Part shown: one piece after another, positions 19,209 to 28,950 of the stretch | How positions within the stretch are numbered: the stretch's first letter is position 1 | Layout of the letters: every line of letters starts with the position of its first letter | Virus record (IMG/VR): IMGVR_UViG_3300029288_000066 | Location: 64,001 to 128,000 of that record | Strand: one strand, 5' to 3' | From: a virus | Lineage: Duplodnaviria > Caudoviricetes | Length of the DNA: 64,000 nt | Translations under genes and position numbers: made by a program | The notes under the pieces: generated by a model | Seen by the model: the letters and a program-made list of their open reading frames with translations, nothing else | The model's database searches: none | Told to the model about the DNA's origin: nothing

Positions 19209-19988
19209 TTAAGTTTTTTTTATGTTTATAATTGTTTTTAATCTATCCAGTTCTCTTTTGGCCACCGCAGCCTTTTCAAAATCATCATCTTCTATATATT
19301 TTTTCAATTGAATGTTTAAAATTTCTATTTTATTTTTATTCATTTGCTCGTTATTTTGATTTTTCCTGATTTTCAACCTTTCCTCTTCCGTTTTATAATA
19401 AGCTATCTCAAACAATATGCAACGAATGGCCTCATATAAAGTTATCCTAGTTGCAGCGTCAAAAAAAGAAATGAGATTCTCATCATCCATGCTTTCGCAC
19501 CCCTCATGATAATTATCCCTGTAAACTTCTACTAAATTGTTTTGCGATATTTTTATATTTTTTAATTCATTAACTGAACAAATACTTATAGGTATAAACA
19601 AATCAAACCCATCACTTGTTTTACCCATTCCCACAAATACAGGAAATAAGTCAATCGTACTTACTTTGTCAAAAGTAAGAAGCTCAAAAATCTTTGATAT
19701 TTCTAAAAAATCCAACTTAAAATCACCTTCATCGACCAAATCTTCGTCCAACATCTTTCCAAATTCTCCCAACTTCCTTCCATTTAATTCTTGACAGAAA
19801 ACAACATCAAATACATCTTTATCTCCAACAATCAACTTAAAGAAAGTACCAAATGTTACATCCTCATCAATCTCCACTTCACAAGACAAATAGTTTTTTA
19901 AACCTTTTACAGCACTAATCTTAACATCCTTGTCTACAGTTTCTTCCAGAAAGATTTTTCCGCTTTTTTTTATTTTTATTATTTTCAT
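19209..19988 (-). CDS. Hypothetical protein with C-terminal UVR motif
   Basis: LKKYIEDDDFEKAAVAKRELDRL; TATTTATA upstream at 20005. Confidence 0.7.
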   Translation of the reverse strand: MKIIKIKKSGKIFLEETVDKDVKISAVKGLKNYLSCEVEIDEDVTFGTFFKLIVGDKDVFDVVFCQELNGRKLGEFGKMLDEDLVDEGDFKLDFLEISKIFELLTFDKVSTIDLFPVFVGMGKTSDGFDLFIPISICSVNELKNIKISQNNLVEVYRDNYHEGCESMDDENLISFFDAATRITLYEAIRCILFEIAYYKTEEERLKIRKNQNNEQMNKNKIEILNIQLKKYIEDDDFEKAAVAKRELDRLKTIINIKKT

Positions 19989-20100
19989 ATCTAGTCAGAT
20001 TTTATATAAATAACTAAACATTTTCTAAATTTAGAAAAATTTTTTTCTTTTTTCAATCATTAAATTTTGTTGTTTTGTTTTTTTTTTATATATTTACAAA

Positions 20101-20340
20101 TAGTTAACGTTCGTTTGTATTTTTATTGGCATATCAAATGACATGGGTTCAAATCCCATATACTCCACTAAGACATTAATTACAAAAGGGGTATGAAGGC
20201 ATTAGAATTTGATAGAGTGGGTAAAGAGAGAGTGTTAGCAAAAGCTTTAAACGGCGAAAATTTTATAAAAGAAGCTATGGCTCTAGCCAAAATGAGTTAC
20301 AGCCAAGCACCTGTTAACACCCTTGCGGCGTAAATAGGTA
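20101..20340 (+). ncRNA. ssrA: Circularly permuted (two-piece) tmRNA; outer ends approximate
   Basis: The T arm (ATGGG-TTCAAAT-CCCAT) and 3' acceptor strand ATACTCC-A (20143-20167) precede the 5' strand GGGGTAT (20188-20194), giving a G3.U70 pair. TATCAAA/TTTGATA helix; tag ORF 20253-20333 GENFIKEAMALAKMSYSQAPVNTLAA*. Confidence 0.88.
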
Positions 20341-20341
20341 T

Positions 20342-20375
20342 AAAAGCCCTCTCTCCTTTAGGTTTGAGGGTTTTT
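20342..20375. terminator. Bidirectional terminator between tmRNA and the convergent HNH gene
   Basis: AAAAGCCCTC...GAGGGTTTTT. Confidence 0.65.
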
Positions 20376-21132
20376 ACATCTTATTCCTTTTGGTTATACA
20401 GTTATCAAAAGCATCTAAAGGTTGAAAATTTGTGTAATGATTTAGTCTATATATTTCTTCTTCTTCTGTTTTTGCAGATGATATTGGAATTATATGGTCT
20501 AGTTGCCAGAATTTATTCTTTATCATTTTTTCATTTTTAAATCTTCCAACGTTATTCCAACACATCCAAGGCTCAAATTTGCTTTCCAAATACAATTTAA
20601 ACTCCTCAAAAGAACATCCAAGTATTTGTTCAGTCTTTGTGTTTTTTTTAAAACCACTTGTTCTTAACGAGCTACTTATTAAGCTTCTAATGTTGCCGCT
20701 CAATTTATATAGCGGGTCTTCATTTCTCTTCCGCTTGTTAAAACTATTAAGGTAAGATGGGTTCTTTATTTTCCACAACTTATCATATTCTTTTTTATAT
20801 TCTGGATGAGTTATTTTAAACTTTATTGTTCTTTGTTTTATTTTATCTCTGTTCTTTTCTCTTGATGCTTTTGCTTTCTTTTTAGAACATAATATGCAAA
20901 AACAATGAAGCCCATCTTTCTTAGATTTGCTTTTCCAAAATTCTTCAATTGGGCTTTCTACTTTACAACAGGGGCATATTTTAAATCCACGTTTTGCTTT
21001 TTTTCTAATTAAACCACCTTCTCCTTTACATTTCTTACATACAGATGCATATCCGTCTTTTTTAGTTCTATTTCTATAAAACCATTTAACATCTTTTTCA
21101 ACACAGCAACATTTACAAAATTTTGTTTCCAT
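20374..21132 (-). CDS. HNH endonuclease with two N-terminal Zn-ribbon repeats
   Basis: CKCC..DGYASVCKKC, CPCC..DGLHCFCILC; ILGCS..WQLDHIIPIS..NHYTNFQPL. Confidence 0.8.
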   Translation of the reverse strand: METKFCKCCCVEKDVKWFYRNRTKKDGYASVCKKCKGEGGLIRKKAKRGFKICPCCKVESPIEEFWKSKSKKDGLHCFCILCSKKKAKASREKNRDKIKQRTIKFKITHPEYKKEYDKLWKIKNPSYLNSFNKRKRNEDPLYKLSGNIRSLISSSLRTSGFKKNTKTEQILGCSFEEFKLYLESKFEPWMCWNNVGRFKNEKMIKNKFWQLDHIIPISSAKTEEEEIYRLNHYTNFQPLDAFDNCITKRNKM

Positions 21133-21134
21133 TT

Positions 21135-21485
21135 TTAGTCTGTTATAAAACACCTTATTTCATTTGGCAAATTAGAACCCTGCAGGTACAAATATATTTT
21201 TTTATACTTATTCTCTTCAATAAAATCAATAAAGGTAAATTTTTTAGAAAATCTAAAGGCTTGAGTTAAATCGGGGCAATTAACAATGTGAATATTATAT
21301 CCAAACAACTTTATAAGCTCTTCTATCTGTGATTCTATCAGAATAATCTTTTTAGCTTTCACATCTTCACCTATGAAAAAATGAATTTTGTTTGACATAT
21401 CAGTTTTTTCATGCTCACATATTTCCTGAAATTCTCTCTTTAGTTCAGAGTCAATCCTTATTGTGATATTTTCTTCTTTTTTCAT
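21135..21485 (-). CDS. RHH-like DNA-binding protein
   Basis: ENITIRIDSELKREFQEICEHEKTDMSNKI; directly upstream of the HNH gene. Confidence 0.7.
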   Translation of the reverse strand: MKKEENITIRIDSELKREFQEICEHEKTDMSNKIHFFIGEDVKAKKIILIESQIEELIKLFGYNIHIVNCPDLTQAFRFSKKFTFIDFIEENKYKKIYLYLQGSNLPNEIRCFITD

Positions 21486-21599
21486 AATTTATGTTTTAAT
21501 TGTTACAATGTTATAACAATGTTTATACATAAATATATAAAAAAAAATTAAAAAATCAAAATTTTAAAAATATTACAGCAAGAACTTCTATAACCCTGT

Positions 21600-21624
21600 A
21601 ACCTTTTTACTTTTTTATCGTAAT
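21600..21624 (+). promoter_or_regulatory. ECF-type promoter AAC-N16-CGTAAT upstream of the RpoD-like sigma gene
   Basis: AAC-CTTTTTACTTTTTTAT-CGTAAT with exact 16-nt spacing. Confidence 0.65.
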
Positions 21625-21664
21625 AGTTAAAAAACCTAACCTAACACGAATTAAACTACCGCCT

Positions 21665-22564
21665 ATGAGAGCTCTGAAAATTTCCCAACAGATTACAAAA
21701 AGACAGTCAGAATCATTTCAAAGATATTTAAATGAGATTGCAAGAATAAGCAAAGCAAAGACGCTGACAGGAGAAGAAGAAGTAGAACTAGCAGAAAGAA
21801 TTAAACTCGGAGACAAAAAAGCAGAAACTGAATTAATAGAAAGAAACTTAAGATTTGTTGTAAGTGTAGCAAAACAATACCAAAACGAATTTTGCCCACT
21901 AGAAGATTTGGTAAGTGAAGGCAACATAGGACTTATAAAAGCAGCTAAAAAATTCGACCCAGCAAGAGGATTTAAGTTCATATCATACGCTGTGTGGTGG
22001 ATTAGACAGTCAATTTTGTGTTATTTAAGCGATTGTTCAAGAACAATAAGAATTCCTCTCAATAAAATAAATCAAATAAATAAAATTAAAAAAATTCAAG
22101 AGTCATTTGAGCAAGAATATAGCAGAAAGCCAACCACGGATGAAATTGTTGACATTTTGGACTACGAGATTGATTCGGAAGAGTTAGAAAGGTTATTTTC
22201 AATTGACGGTGGTCTTCAATCATTAAACGCTGAGATTGTAAGTAATAAATCAAAAAAAACCGATGGTAGTGGAACAACTCTTGAGGGTCTATTGATTGAT
22301 TACACTGCCAGAAATACAGATGAAAATTTGGAGGACGAAGATTTAAAAAGAATCGTTAAGGAAATATTGAGTAAAATGCCTTATAAGCATAGAACTGTCA
22401 TTGAATTGTATTATGGATTAACTGGACAAGAGCCTAAAACCCTTGATGAAATTGGGAGGCACCTTGATTTGACCAGGGAAAGAATCAGGCAAGTTAAAAA
22501 TGCTGCGATAAGATATTTGGGAAATTCGAAAAACACCAAACTTATGAGTCCATATATGAAATAA
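21665..22564 (+). CDS. RpoD/SigA-like sigma-70 factor (short Bacteroidota type)
   Basis: MRALKISQQITKRQSES..YL; NLRFVVSVAKQYQ; FDPARGFKFISYAVWWIRQSI; TLDEIG..LTRERIRQV. Confidence 0.95.
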   Translation: MRALKISQQITKRQSESFQRYLNEIARISKAKTLTGEEEVELAERIKLGDKKAETELIERNLRFVVSVAKQYQNEFCPLEDLVSEGNIGLIKAAKKFDPARGFKFISYAVWWIRQSILCYLSDCSRTIRIPLNKINQINKIKKIQESFEQEYSRKPTTDEIVDILDYEIDSEELERLFSIDGGLQSLNAEIVSNKSKKTDGSGTTLEGLLIDYTARNTDENLEDEDLKRIVKEILSKMPYKHRTVIELYYGLTGQEPKTLDEIGRHLDLTRERIRQVKNAAIRYLGNSKNTKLMSPYMK

Positions 22565-22585
22565 TAGAAATATATTAAAAAAAGT

Positions 22586-22617
22586 AAAGCCAAGTTTTTT
22601 TAAGACTTGGCTTTTTT
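22586..22617 (+). terminator. Intrinsic terminator after the sigma gene
   Basis: AAAGCCAAGT..ACTTGGCTTTTTT. Confidence 0.75.
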
Positions 22618-22650
22618 GTTTATCTTTCCTATATTTAAAATAAAAATTAT

Positions 22651-23352
22651 ATGGAAAAAGACGTTTTTAAAAATTTGCTAACCGATTTATATAACATTTA
22701 CAACCCAGCCAATATTCAATACGTTGAGGATTTGGTTGAAAGTTATAACAGACAAGAGTTCGATGCTCTGAAAAACATTTTTATTAAATACAACAGAAAG
22801 TCTGCTCCCTATTACGACCCAGAAATTGGAACCGATAAATACGTGCTGGATTTAATTAAAGAATACAACTCAGGACTGAGAAGCTTGGAAAACGTAGACC
22901 TGAAAGAAAAACATCAAGAAAAAACAGAAATTCTTGAACAAAAAACAAAAGAGGATGAAACCAAAAAGATTGAAAACCTTCAAAATGAAGTAAAGGAAAA
23001 AGTCACTGGAGAAGTAGATAAAAAACTTGAAGCTATTGCGAAAACTTTCTCTGACAAAGAAGATGCTTTTAAAAAACAATTAGAGACGATTTACAGCGAC
23101 TTTGAAAAAAAGATGGGAACACTTAAAGAAAGCAACGATGATGTCACCATTCGAATCTTTTCCACGTATTCTAACTCAGAACTAGACCTGCCTAACAAAA
23201 AAATAATAGCTGGACTTGGAAAGGGCTCCAGGTTAATCATAAAAGACAAGGGGGGGAAAACTATCGGATTAGAAATTGTTGATATAACTTATGATGGTGT
23301 TTCTGAATTAAGCGGAAAACCCCTTGTGGAAATATTTGTAGAGAAGGTTTAA
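22651..23352 (+). CDS. Hypothetical protein with central coiled coil
   Basis: 233-aa ORF with TATTTAAA upstream. Confidence 0.7.
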   Translation: MEKDVFKNLLTDLYNIYNPANIQYVEDLVESYNRQEFDALKNIFIKYNRKSAPYYDPEIGTDKYVLDLIKEYNSGLRSLENVDLKEKHQEKTEILEQKTKEDETKKIENLQNEVKEKVTGEVDKKLEAIAKTFSDKEDAFKKQLETIYSDFEKKMGTLKESNDDVTIRIFSTYSNSELDLPNKKIIAGLGKGSRLIIKDKGGKTIGLEIVDITYDGVSELSGKPLVEIFVEKV

Positions 23353-23705
23353 TTCTTGTTTTTCAATCTTTCTTTTAACAATCTATCTTTACACCTTCCT
23401 TGGTAAAACCCTGTTGTGCCCTGCTTAAGAAAGCAAGCTCCTCCCAACTTCTTTTCTATTTTATTCATTAATTCATGAACGTCTTTCCATTCCTCATTGA
23501 CCCTAAACAAAATCAACCCATCTTCAGTACAATAATTAATGATTTCATTTCCCAGGTCTGCAATAAGCAAAACTCCGTCTAAAAAAACATCACTTGTTGG
23601 GGCTATATATCCAATTAACAAAGTATCGCTATGTAACGAATCTTTTTTTTGAGCAACAGCCACAGTGCTTAAAAAAAACAAAAAAATAATAAAGAGTTTT
23701 CTCAT
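23349..23705 (-). CDS. Hypothetical exported protein
   Basis: Sec signal peptide MRKLFIIFLFFLSTVAVA-Q; TATTTATA at 23718. Confidence 0.65.
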   Translation of the reverse strand: MRKLFIIFLFFLSTVAVAQKKDSLHSDTLLIGYIAPTSDVFLDGVLLIADLGNEIINYCTEDGLILFRVNEEWKDVHELMNKIEKKLGGACFLKQGTTGFYQGRCKDRLLKERLKNKN

Positions 23706-23746
23706 TTTTGTCTTTATTATAAATAGTGTTTTTTTTAATCTTTATG

Positions 23747-24226
23747 TCAGCTGTTTTTTAGTTCGTCACGCAGTTTTGTTAAAACTTTTCCAAGAAGATT
23801 CTGCCCTGGCCAATCTTTGGAGTCTGTCTTCTTCGCATCATCCTCATTCAATCCGATGCCCCAAATTCGGTCAAATGGTGATGCTTCACAGATTTTTTTA
23901 TCCCCAGTAGCAAGCAAAACCTTTTTAAGAACCTCGTTCTGTGTAAACTTTGCTTTGCACCCAACGGTCATAACATCAAACTTAACCTTATCCCAAAGAG
24001 TTGAATTGAATGGTGTCACTTGTTTTCCCAGCTTCTTTATTTCATGAGGGTCAGAAATTTTCATAATTTTATCTGCCGTTGTAAAATCAGCCATTAATGT
24101 GGCCTTAGCCCACATCATATACTGTTCAGAGTTTTCAAACTTTTGTCCATCCACTTCAAACTTTGCTGGATGCCAGTTGGAAAACGGAGAATTTGATTTC
24201 CAAAAAAATTCGTATTTATTTTCCAT
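23747..24226 (-). CDS. NADAR (YbiA-like) family protein
   Basis: FSNW..SEQYMM.AKA..KKLGKQV..KAKFTQN..LLATG..EASPFDRIWGIG..GQNLLG. Confidence 0.92.
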   Translation of the reverse strand: MENKYEFFWKSNSPFSNWHPAKFEVDGQKFENSEQYMMWAKATLMADFTTADKIMKISDPHEIKKLGKQVTPFNSTLWDKVKFDVMTVGCKAKFTQNEVLKKVLLATGDKKICEASPFDRIWGIGLNEDDAKKTDSKDWPGQNLLGKVLTKLRDELKNS

Positions 24227-24240
24227 TTCTTTTTATTTTT

Positions 24241-24978
24241 TTAATCGTGTAATTCATACGACGGTGGCTCTATTATAGATTTCATATCTTCCATCCTTTT
24301 ATACTTATAACTTCTACTCGCATCACCACCATCATCAATAAGACTAAGATATTCAGAAATTTTCTTGGCATATATTTCACCGTCAATATATGCAACGTTT
24401 CTTCGTTGAGTTATCATAGGCGCATCAGGAGACTCATCTTCAAAATAAATCACATATTCTCTCTTCATCTTTTCGTTCATACTTTCGACTATCCCTGGTC
24501 TAACCCCATTATTCCAAGCCTTCTCTGGCTTCATTATGTATTCGCTGGCGGAACCTTCCTGTATTTTCTCCATTGCTCTAACCATAGAGGATGAAACATG
24601 CTCATATCTTCTGTCGCATGGAATGAACACCATCTTAATTCTTGGGTCCTGGTCTTCCATTACCCTGAGCTGGTTTACTTCAAAGTCAAGGTCGGCACCG
24701 TTTCTTAATCCCCTCACGACTGTAACGTCATATCCTTCCTCCACCTTCTTATTGACATAATCAACAAGAAATCCTTTAAATTCTTCTACTTTTTTATTGG
24801 GGGGCAATTGACGTTTCAGCGTTTCTAATCTGCTGATTTTTTCGTCAACTTTCTTTTCTGGGTTAACGCCTATGGCTATTATAACCTCGTCAAAGATTGC
24901 TTCAGCCTTTTCCAAAATTGACAGATGCCCAATTGTCATTGGGTTGAAGCTTCCTGGATATATTGCTAATCTCTTCAT
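24241..24978 (-). CDS. coaD: Phosphopantetheine adenylyltransferase with C-terminal extension
   Basis: AIYPGSFNPMTIGH, VRGLRNGADLDFE, VSSSMVR. Confidence 0.9.
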   Translation of the reverse strand: MKRLAIYPGSFNPMTIGHLSILEKAEAIFDEVIIAIGVNPEKKVDEKISRLETLKRQLPPNKKVEEFKGFLVDYVNKKVEEGYDVTVVRGLRNGADLDFEVNQLRVMEDQDPRIKMVFIPCDRRYEHVSSSMVRAMEKIQEGSASEYIMKPEKAWNNGVRPGIVESMNEKMKREYVIYFEDESPDAPMITQRRNVAYIDGEIYAKKISEYLSLIDDGGDASRSYKYKRMEDMKSIIEPPSYELHD

Positions 24979-25059
24979 GGTGTTTTTTTCTTTTATACGA
25001 AAAAATTCAAAATAAGTTTTTTTCTACATATTTATGTAATACAATAATACAAAAAAAAT

Positions 25060-25917
25060 ATGAAAAAACAAAATTCAGACCTTATTAAATTTGCAAAAGA
25101 ATTTGCATATGCCTATAGTCCACACACAAACAGAATAGATAAATTGACTTTGTTCGACTATCAAAAGAAAATGCTAGAGTCACTTGAGAAGAATAAATTC
25201 ACTATCATTAAACATAGCAGACAAGTTGGAGTTGATACAGCCGTGGCCATAGATATTGCTCATTTTGTTGTGAAAAATGGCAACAAAAGAGCTCTTGTCA
25301 TTTCTACTAATGCAGACTGTGCTATACATTTTTTGGAAAAAATAAAAACAATTCTTTATCATGCAAATGAAACTCCTGTTATAAACAACAAGAAAAGTGT
25401 TGAATTAAAAAACAACAGCAAAATAACAGTAACTGGATACGACCCATGTTCCACAAAGGGGTTTAATTGTGATTTAATTTATATAAACAATTTCGAATGG
25501 TTAAATGACCCACAACAGGTTTTTTTAACATCAACCATGTTGTTAAAAAGTAGCGTTGGTAGACTTATAATATCATCTACTCCCCAATATAAAGAAGACT
25601 TCTTTTATAGATTGTGGACTAATTCAGCAAAAAAAATAAACGATTTTAAACAAATAAATGTTACATGGAAGCAATGTCCATATTTTGATGCTGCCTGGTA
25701 TGAAAAAATGTGCAAAATGTATAATCACGACCCAGACAAAATAGCAACAGAAATAGAAGGAAAATTTATAGACAAAAAAGAGAAGAAGAAAAAAGTAGCA
25801 ATTAATATAAGATTAGACAAACAAAAGAAGGAGAAAATTCTAATCAAAATGAAACAAAAAAACATAAGCTCCATAACGGATTACATCATGGAGCTTATTG
25901 ATAGGGATTTAGGATAA
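25060..25917 (+). CDS. Terminase-ATPase-like domain (degenerate) fused to a C-terminal RHH
   Basis: LFDYQKK, IIKHSRQVGVDT, LIISSTP..FFYRLW, VTWKQCP; C-terminal INIRLDKQKKE..SITDYIMELI. Confidence 0.65.
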   Translation: MKKQNSDLIKFAKEFAYAYSPHTNRIDKLTLFDYQKKMLESLEKNKFTIIKHSRQVGVDTAVAIDIAHFVVKNGNKRALVISTNADCAIHFLEKIKTILYHANETPVINNKKSVELKNNSKITVTGYDPCSTKGFNCDLIYINNFEWLNDPQQVFLTSTMLLKSSVGRLIISSTPQYKEDFFYRLWTNSAKKINDFKQINVTWKQCPYFDAAWYEKMCKMYNHDPDKIATEIEGKFIDKKEKKKKVAINIRLDKQKKEKILIKMKQKNISSITDYIMELIDRDLG

Positions 25918-25918
25918 A

Positions 25919-26632
25919 TTATTTTTTCTTCTTTTCAAGAATGTTATCAATCAAATGATATTCTTTTGCTTCAACAGCGCTCATCCAGCAATCACGGTCT
26001 GAATCTTTTTCAACCTTTTTAAATGGTTGTTTTGAATGGAGGGCAATAATGTCATAAAGTTCTTTCTTCATCTTGTTAATTTCTGCCGCTGCAATCTCTA
26101 TATCAGAAGCCTGCCCATAAGCTCCGCCCATTGGCTGATGAATTAATGTTCTTGAGTGTTTTAATGCACTTCTGTGTCCTTCAGCGCCAGCACATAGCAG
26201 AACAGCTGCCATTGATGCTGCTATCCCAGTATTCACCGTTACAATTCTTGGAGCAACATATTGCATTAAATCATAAATACCAAGTCCTGCATATACCGAG
26301 CCGCCTGGAGAATTTAGATATATATTAATGTCCGCATCTTTGTCTACTGATTCTAAAAACAGCAATTGGGCATTAACAATGTTGGCAATCATATCGTCGA
26401 TAGGAAGACCAAGAAAAATGATTCTGTCAGCCATAAGCCTCGAAAATACGTCCATCGAAATTGCATTCATTTTTCTCTCCTCAATAATGTTGGGGGTCAT
26501 TGCAACAGGTCCTGCCGCATTAACTCCAAGAGTAGTTCTCTTGTTTATTGCAGAATGATAGTTGTGTAAAGTCATGCTACTAATTCCCCTATGCCCCATG
26601 GCATATTTTTCAAATTCACTTCTGTTCTTCAT
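25919..26632 (-). CDS. clpP: ATP-dependent Clp protease proteolytic subunit
   Basis: MDVFSRLMADRIIFLG, YLNSPGGSVYAG, AASMAA, IHQP, DRD. Confidence 0.97.
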   Translation of the reverse strand: MKNRSEFEKYAMGHRGISSMTLHNYHSAINKRTTLGVNAAGPVAMTPNIIEERKMNAISMDVFSRLMADRIIFLGLPIDDMIANIVNAQLLFLESVDKDADINIYLNSPGGSVYAGLGIYDLMQYVAPRIVTVNTGIAASMAAVLLCAGAEGHRSALKHSRTLIHQPMGGAYGQASDIEIAAAEINKMKKELYDIIALHSKQPFKKVEKDSDRDCWMSAVEAKEYHLIDNILEKKKK

Positions 26633-26664
26633 GTTAGATTTATTTTTAGTTGGTTATTTTAATT

Positions 26665-27672
26665 TTACAATCCCATTTCTTCTTGAATGATTAATTCGTT
26701 CCCTATGTTGTTTAAATCTTTAGTTTTTAAAGAAACTCTTTCTAGGTCTTCTGTGAATTCCTCTTTTAAAACTTTCGCCTGCACCCTTAATCTCTCTTGG
26801 TTTTCATATTTTTTAACCAAAGATAGTTTTTTGTTTAAATCTGAATCAATAGCTTTCTTTATTGCACCCAATTTTGTGTTTGAATCTCTCATTTCTTTGA
26901 ATACCTTCTTTGTTTCTTCTAAGCTGTGATGGTAAAGATATATGTTGGGAAAAACTTCTGCAACTTTCTCTAGTTTTTGATATTCACAATGAGGATAAAG
27001 CGGCGGATAAGCCGTTGCTGTTGATTCGTGGAAAATAAAAACATTCTCTGGTGATTTAGCTATAGATTCGTATAGTGCTGGATTCGTTTCGCTAATTATT
27101 TCAGTAATTGGAACATTGATATCTCCACTATAAATCAGAAATAAATCTTCACCACCCTTTTTGAAATTAAAAACAAACCCCGCAGATGGGAAGTCTTTAT
27201 AATGGTGACTTGTCGTTTCTACTTTATGAATTATCATATTCAAATTGTCATATAAAACACCAGGATTCGAATTGATTTCATAACTATCTTCGCTGTGACC
27301 ACAAACATCTCTCAGGTATTTTTCAAGATTCGGCTTTAAAGAAGGAATACATTCTATTTTCACAGGTTTCTTTTGTACAAAATATTTGTGATAAACAAGA
27401 GTGGACAAACTTCCTATATGGTCTTCGTGACAATGGGTGATGAACACACAATCAATGCCATCAACTAAATCTTTTTCTCTCAGCTCCGTATATACCGTGG
27501 AACCACAATCAACCAAAATGGTTCCCACAGCCGTTCTTATAATGGCACTTGAATTCTTTTCTTTTAAATCAAAAGCGCCGCCCGTTCCCAAAAAGCTTAT
27601 TTCAACTATTGGAGATTTTCCTGTATTCCTAAGTAAAGAATTTATTTTCGATTTTAATATAAACTTTGCCAT
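26665..27672 (-). CDS. Metallo-beta-lactamase-fold hydrolase (RNase Z/Apyc1-like)
   Basis: FLGTGGAF, LVDCG, ITHCHEDHIG, YSGD, FHE, LYH. Confidence 0.8.
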   Translation of the reverse strand: MAKFILKSKINSLLRNTGKSPIVEISFLGTGGAFDLKEKNSSAIIRTAVGTILVDCGSTVYTELREKDLVDGIDCVFITHCHEDHIGSLSTLVYHKYFVQKKPVKIECIPSLKPNLEKYLRDVCGHSEDSYEINSNPGVLYDNLNMIIHKVETTSHHYKDFPSAGFVFNFKKGGEDLFLIYSGDINVPITEIISETNPALYESIAKSPENVFIFHESTATAYPPLYPHCEYQKLEKVAEVFPNIYLYHHSLEETKKVFKEMRDSNTKLGAIKKAIDSDLNKKLSLVKKYENQERLRVQAKVLKEEFTEDLERVSLKTKDLNNIGNELIIQEEMGL

Positions 27673-27715
27673 TACACCTTTTTCTTATATTATACGAAAA
27701 AATATGTTTTTTGTT

Positions 27716-28666
27716 TTATATTTTATCTAGGTTTAGTAATGTTTTCTTAATCGTAGTCTTGGTTAACTCTTTTGCCTTTTTTATTTCTAAAGTTTTAAGC
27801 AATTTGTTTAAAGTAAGGTCGCAGTACTCATCAATCCAATCTCCAACATAATACAACTTTCTGCTCCCAGCAATCAGTCCAAATAAAATTGGGTCTTTTG
27901 CCTTTTCCTTTTGAGCTTTGGTCAATTCTGTTGAGTCTCCAATTTTGTCAAAATGTAACACAACATAGTTATCAAACGCTCCATGCTCATCAAGTTTGTT
28001 CTTTATTTCCACCACTTCGGAAGGAATAATACGAACAAAATTCCTCAAATAAGTCAATTTTAAAACTTTACCTGGAACTTTTGAGAGTTCGAAAAATTTT
28101 ACAACATCCTCCTCGTCAACATATTTTATTTTATCCAATTTTAATAAATGCAATTGTCTTAGAATGACGTTTCTTTTCGAAGCCAGAATTTCTACCAATG
28201 CTGTTTGATTGTTTTCCGATGCTGTTTTTATTGCATCTATGTAAAATTCCACAGACTCTGGTTTAACATCAAGCTCTTTAATAGAGTCATGAATGTTTTT
28301 GAAGAACAAATCTATATCTTGATATTTTACGGCTCCTGCTTTAATTTTGTTTGGATTCCCAGACGTTATTAACTTAACAAATTTAAGTTTTGCCCAATTA
28401 ATTATGGTGCGATTCTGAGAATATACATAATCTGCATATGCACGCAATGTTACATCTTCACCTCTCACATTCGTAGAAGAAGATTGTAAAAAACCTCTCA
28501 ATGTTTCTCCGCCCATATTAACGGTAGAAGGCATGAACAACCTGCCATCTGGAAGAGTAACTATGTTGCTACCTTCAACATTATTTGAGTCCTCAGTGTT
28601 TTTTTTCTTTAAGCCTTTATCAATCCAGAAACTTTCAAAAATTTCTAATCTACCTTGGTTTATCAT
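27716..28666 (-). CDS. Conserved-looking phage hypothetical protein
   Basis: 316-aa ORF; FDNYVVLHFD..KDPILFG..LYYVGDWIDEYCDLT. Confidence 0.75.
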   Translation of the reverse strand: MINQGRLEIFESFWIDKGLKKKNTEDSNNVEGSNIVTLPDGRLFMPSTVNMGGETLRGFLQSSSTNVRGEDVTLRAYADYVYSQNRTIINWAKLKFVKLITSGNPNKIKAGAVKYQDIDLFFKNIHDSIKELDVKPESVEFYIDAIKTASENNQTALVEILASKRNVILRQLHLLKLDKIKYVDEEDVVKFFELSKVPGKVLKLTYLRNFVRIIPSEVVEIKNKLDEHGAFDNYVVLHFDKIGDSTELTKAQKEKAKDPILFGLIAGSRKLYYVGDWIDEYCDLTLNKLLKTLEIKKAKELTKTTIKKTLLNLDKI

Positions 28667-28689
28667 AATTTACTTTTTAATTTATATTA

Positions 28690-28905
28690 TTACCAATCTG
28701 AACCATGAAAACTAATGTCACAAAAACACGTAGATTTCATTAGTCTTCTTTTAAATTCTTCTTTAGTGATTTTCTCTTCGTGAAAAGAAAACTGATAGTT
28801 TTTTCTATCCCATCCGTCTGGGTCAAATATTTTCAACTTATATTTTTTTGGCACTAATTCATACCACTCCTGAGAGTTCTTTAGTTCAGCGTCTTTTTCT
28901 TCCAT
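28690..28905 (-). CDS. Hypothetical protein
   Basis: DPDGWDR motif; own promoter at 28917. Confidence 0.65.
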   Translation of the reverse strand: MEEKDAELKNSQEWYELVPKKYKLKIFDPDGWDRKNYQFSFHEEKITKEEFKRRLMKSTCFCDISFHGSDW

Positions 28906-28950
28906 TGTTTTTAATTTATACGCAAATGTACAAAAAAGTTTTTTAATATC

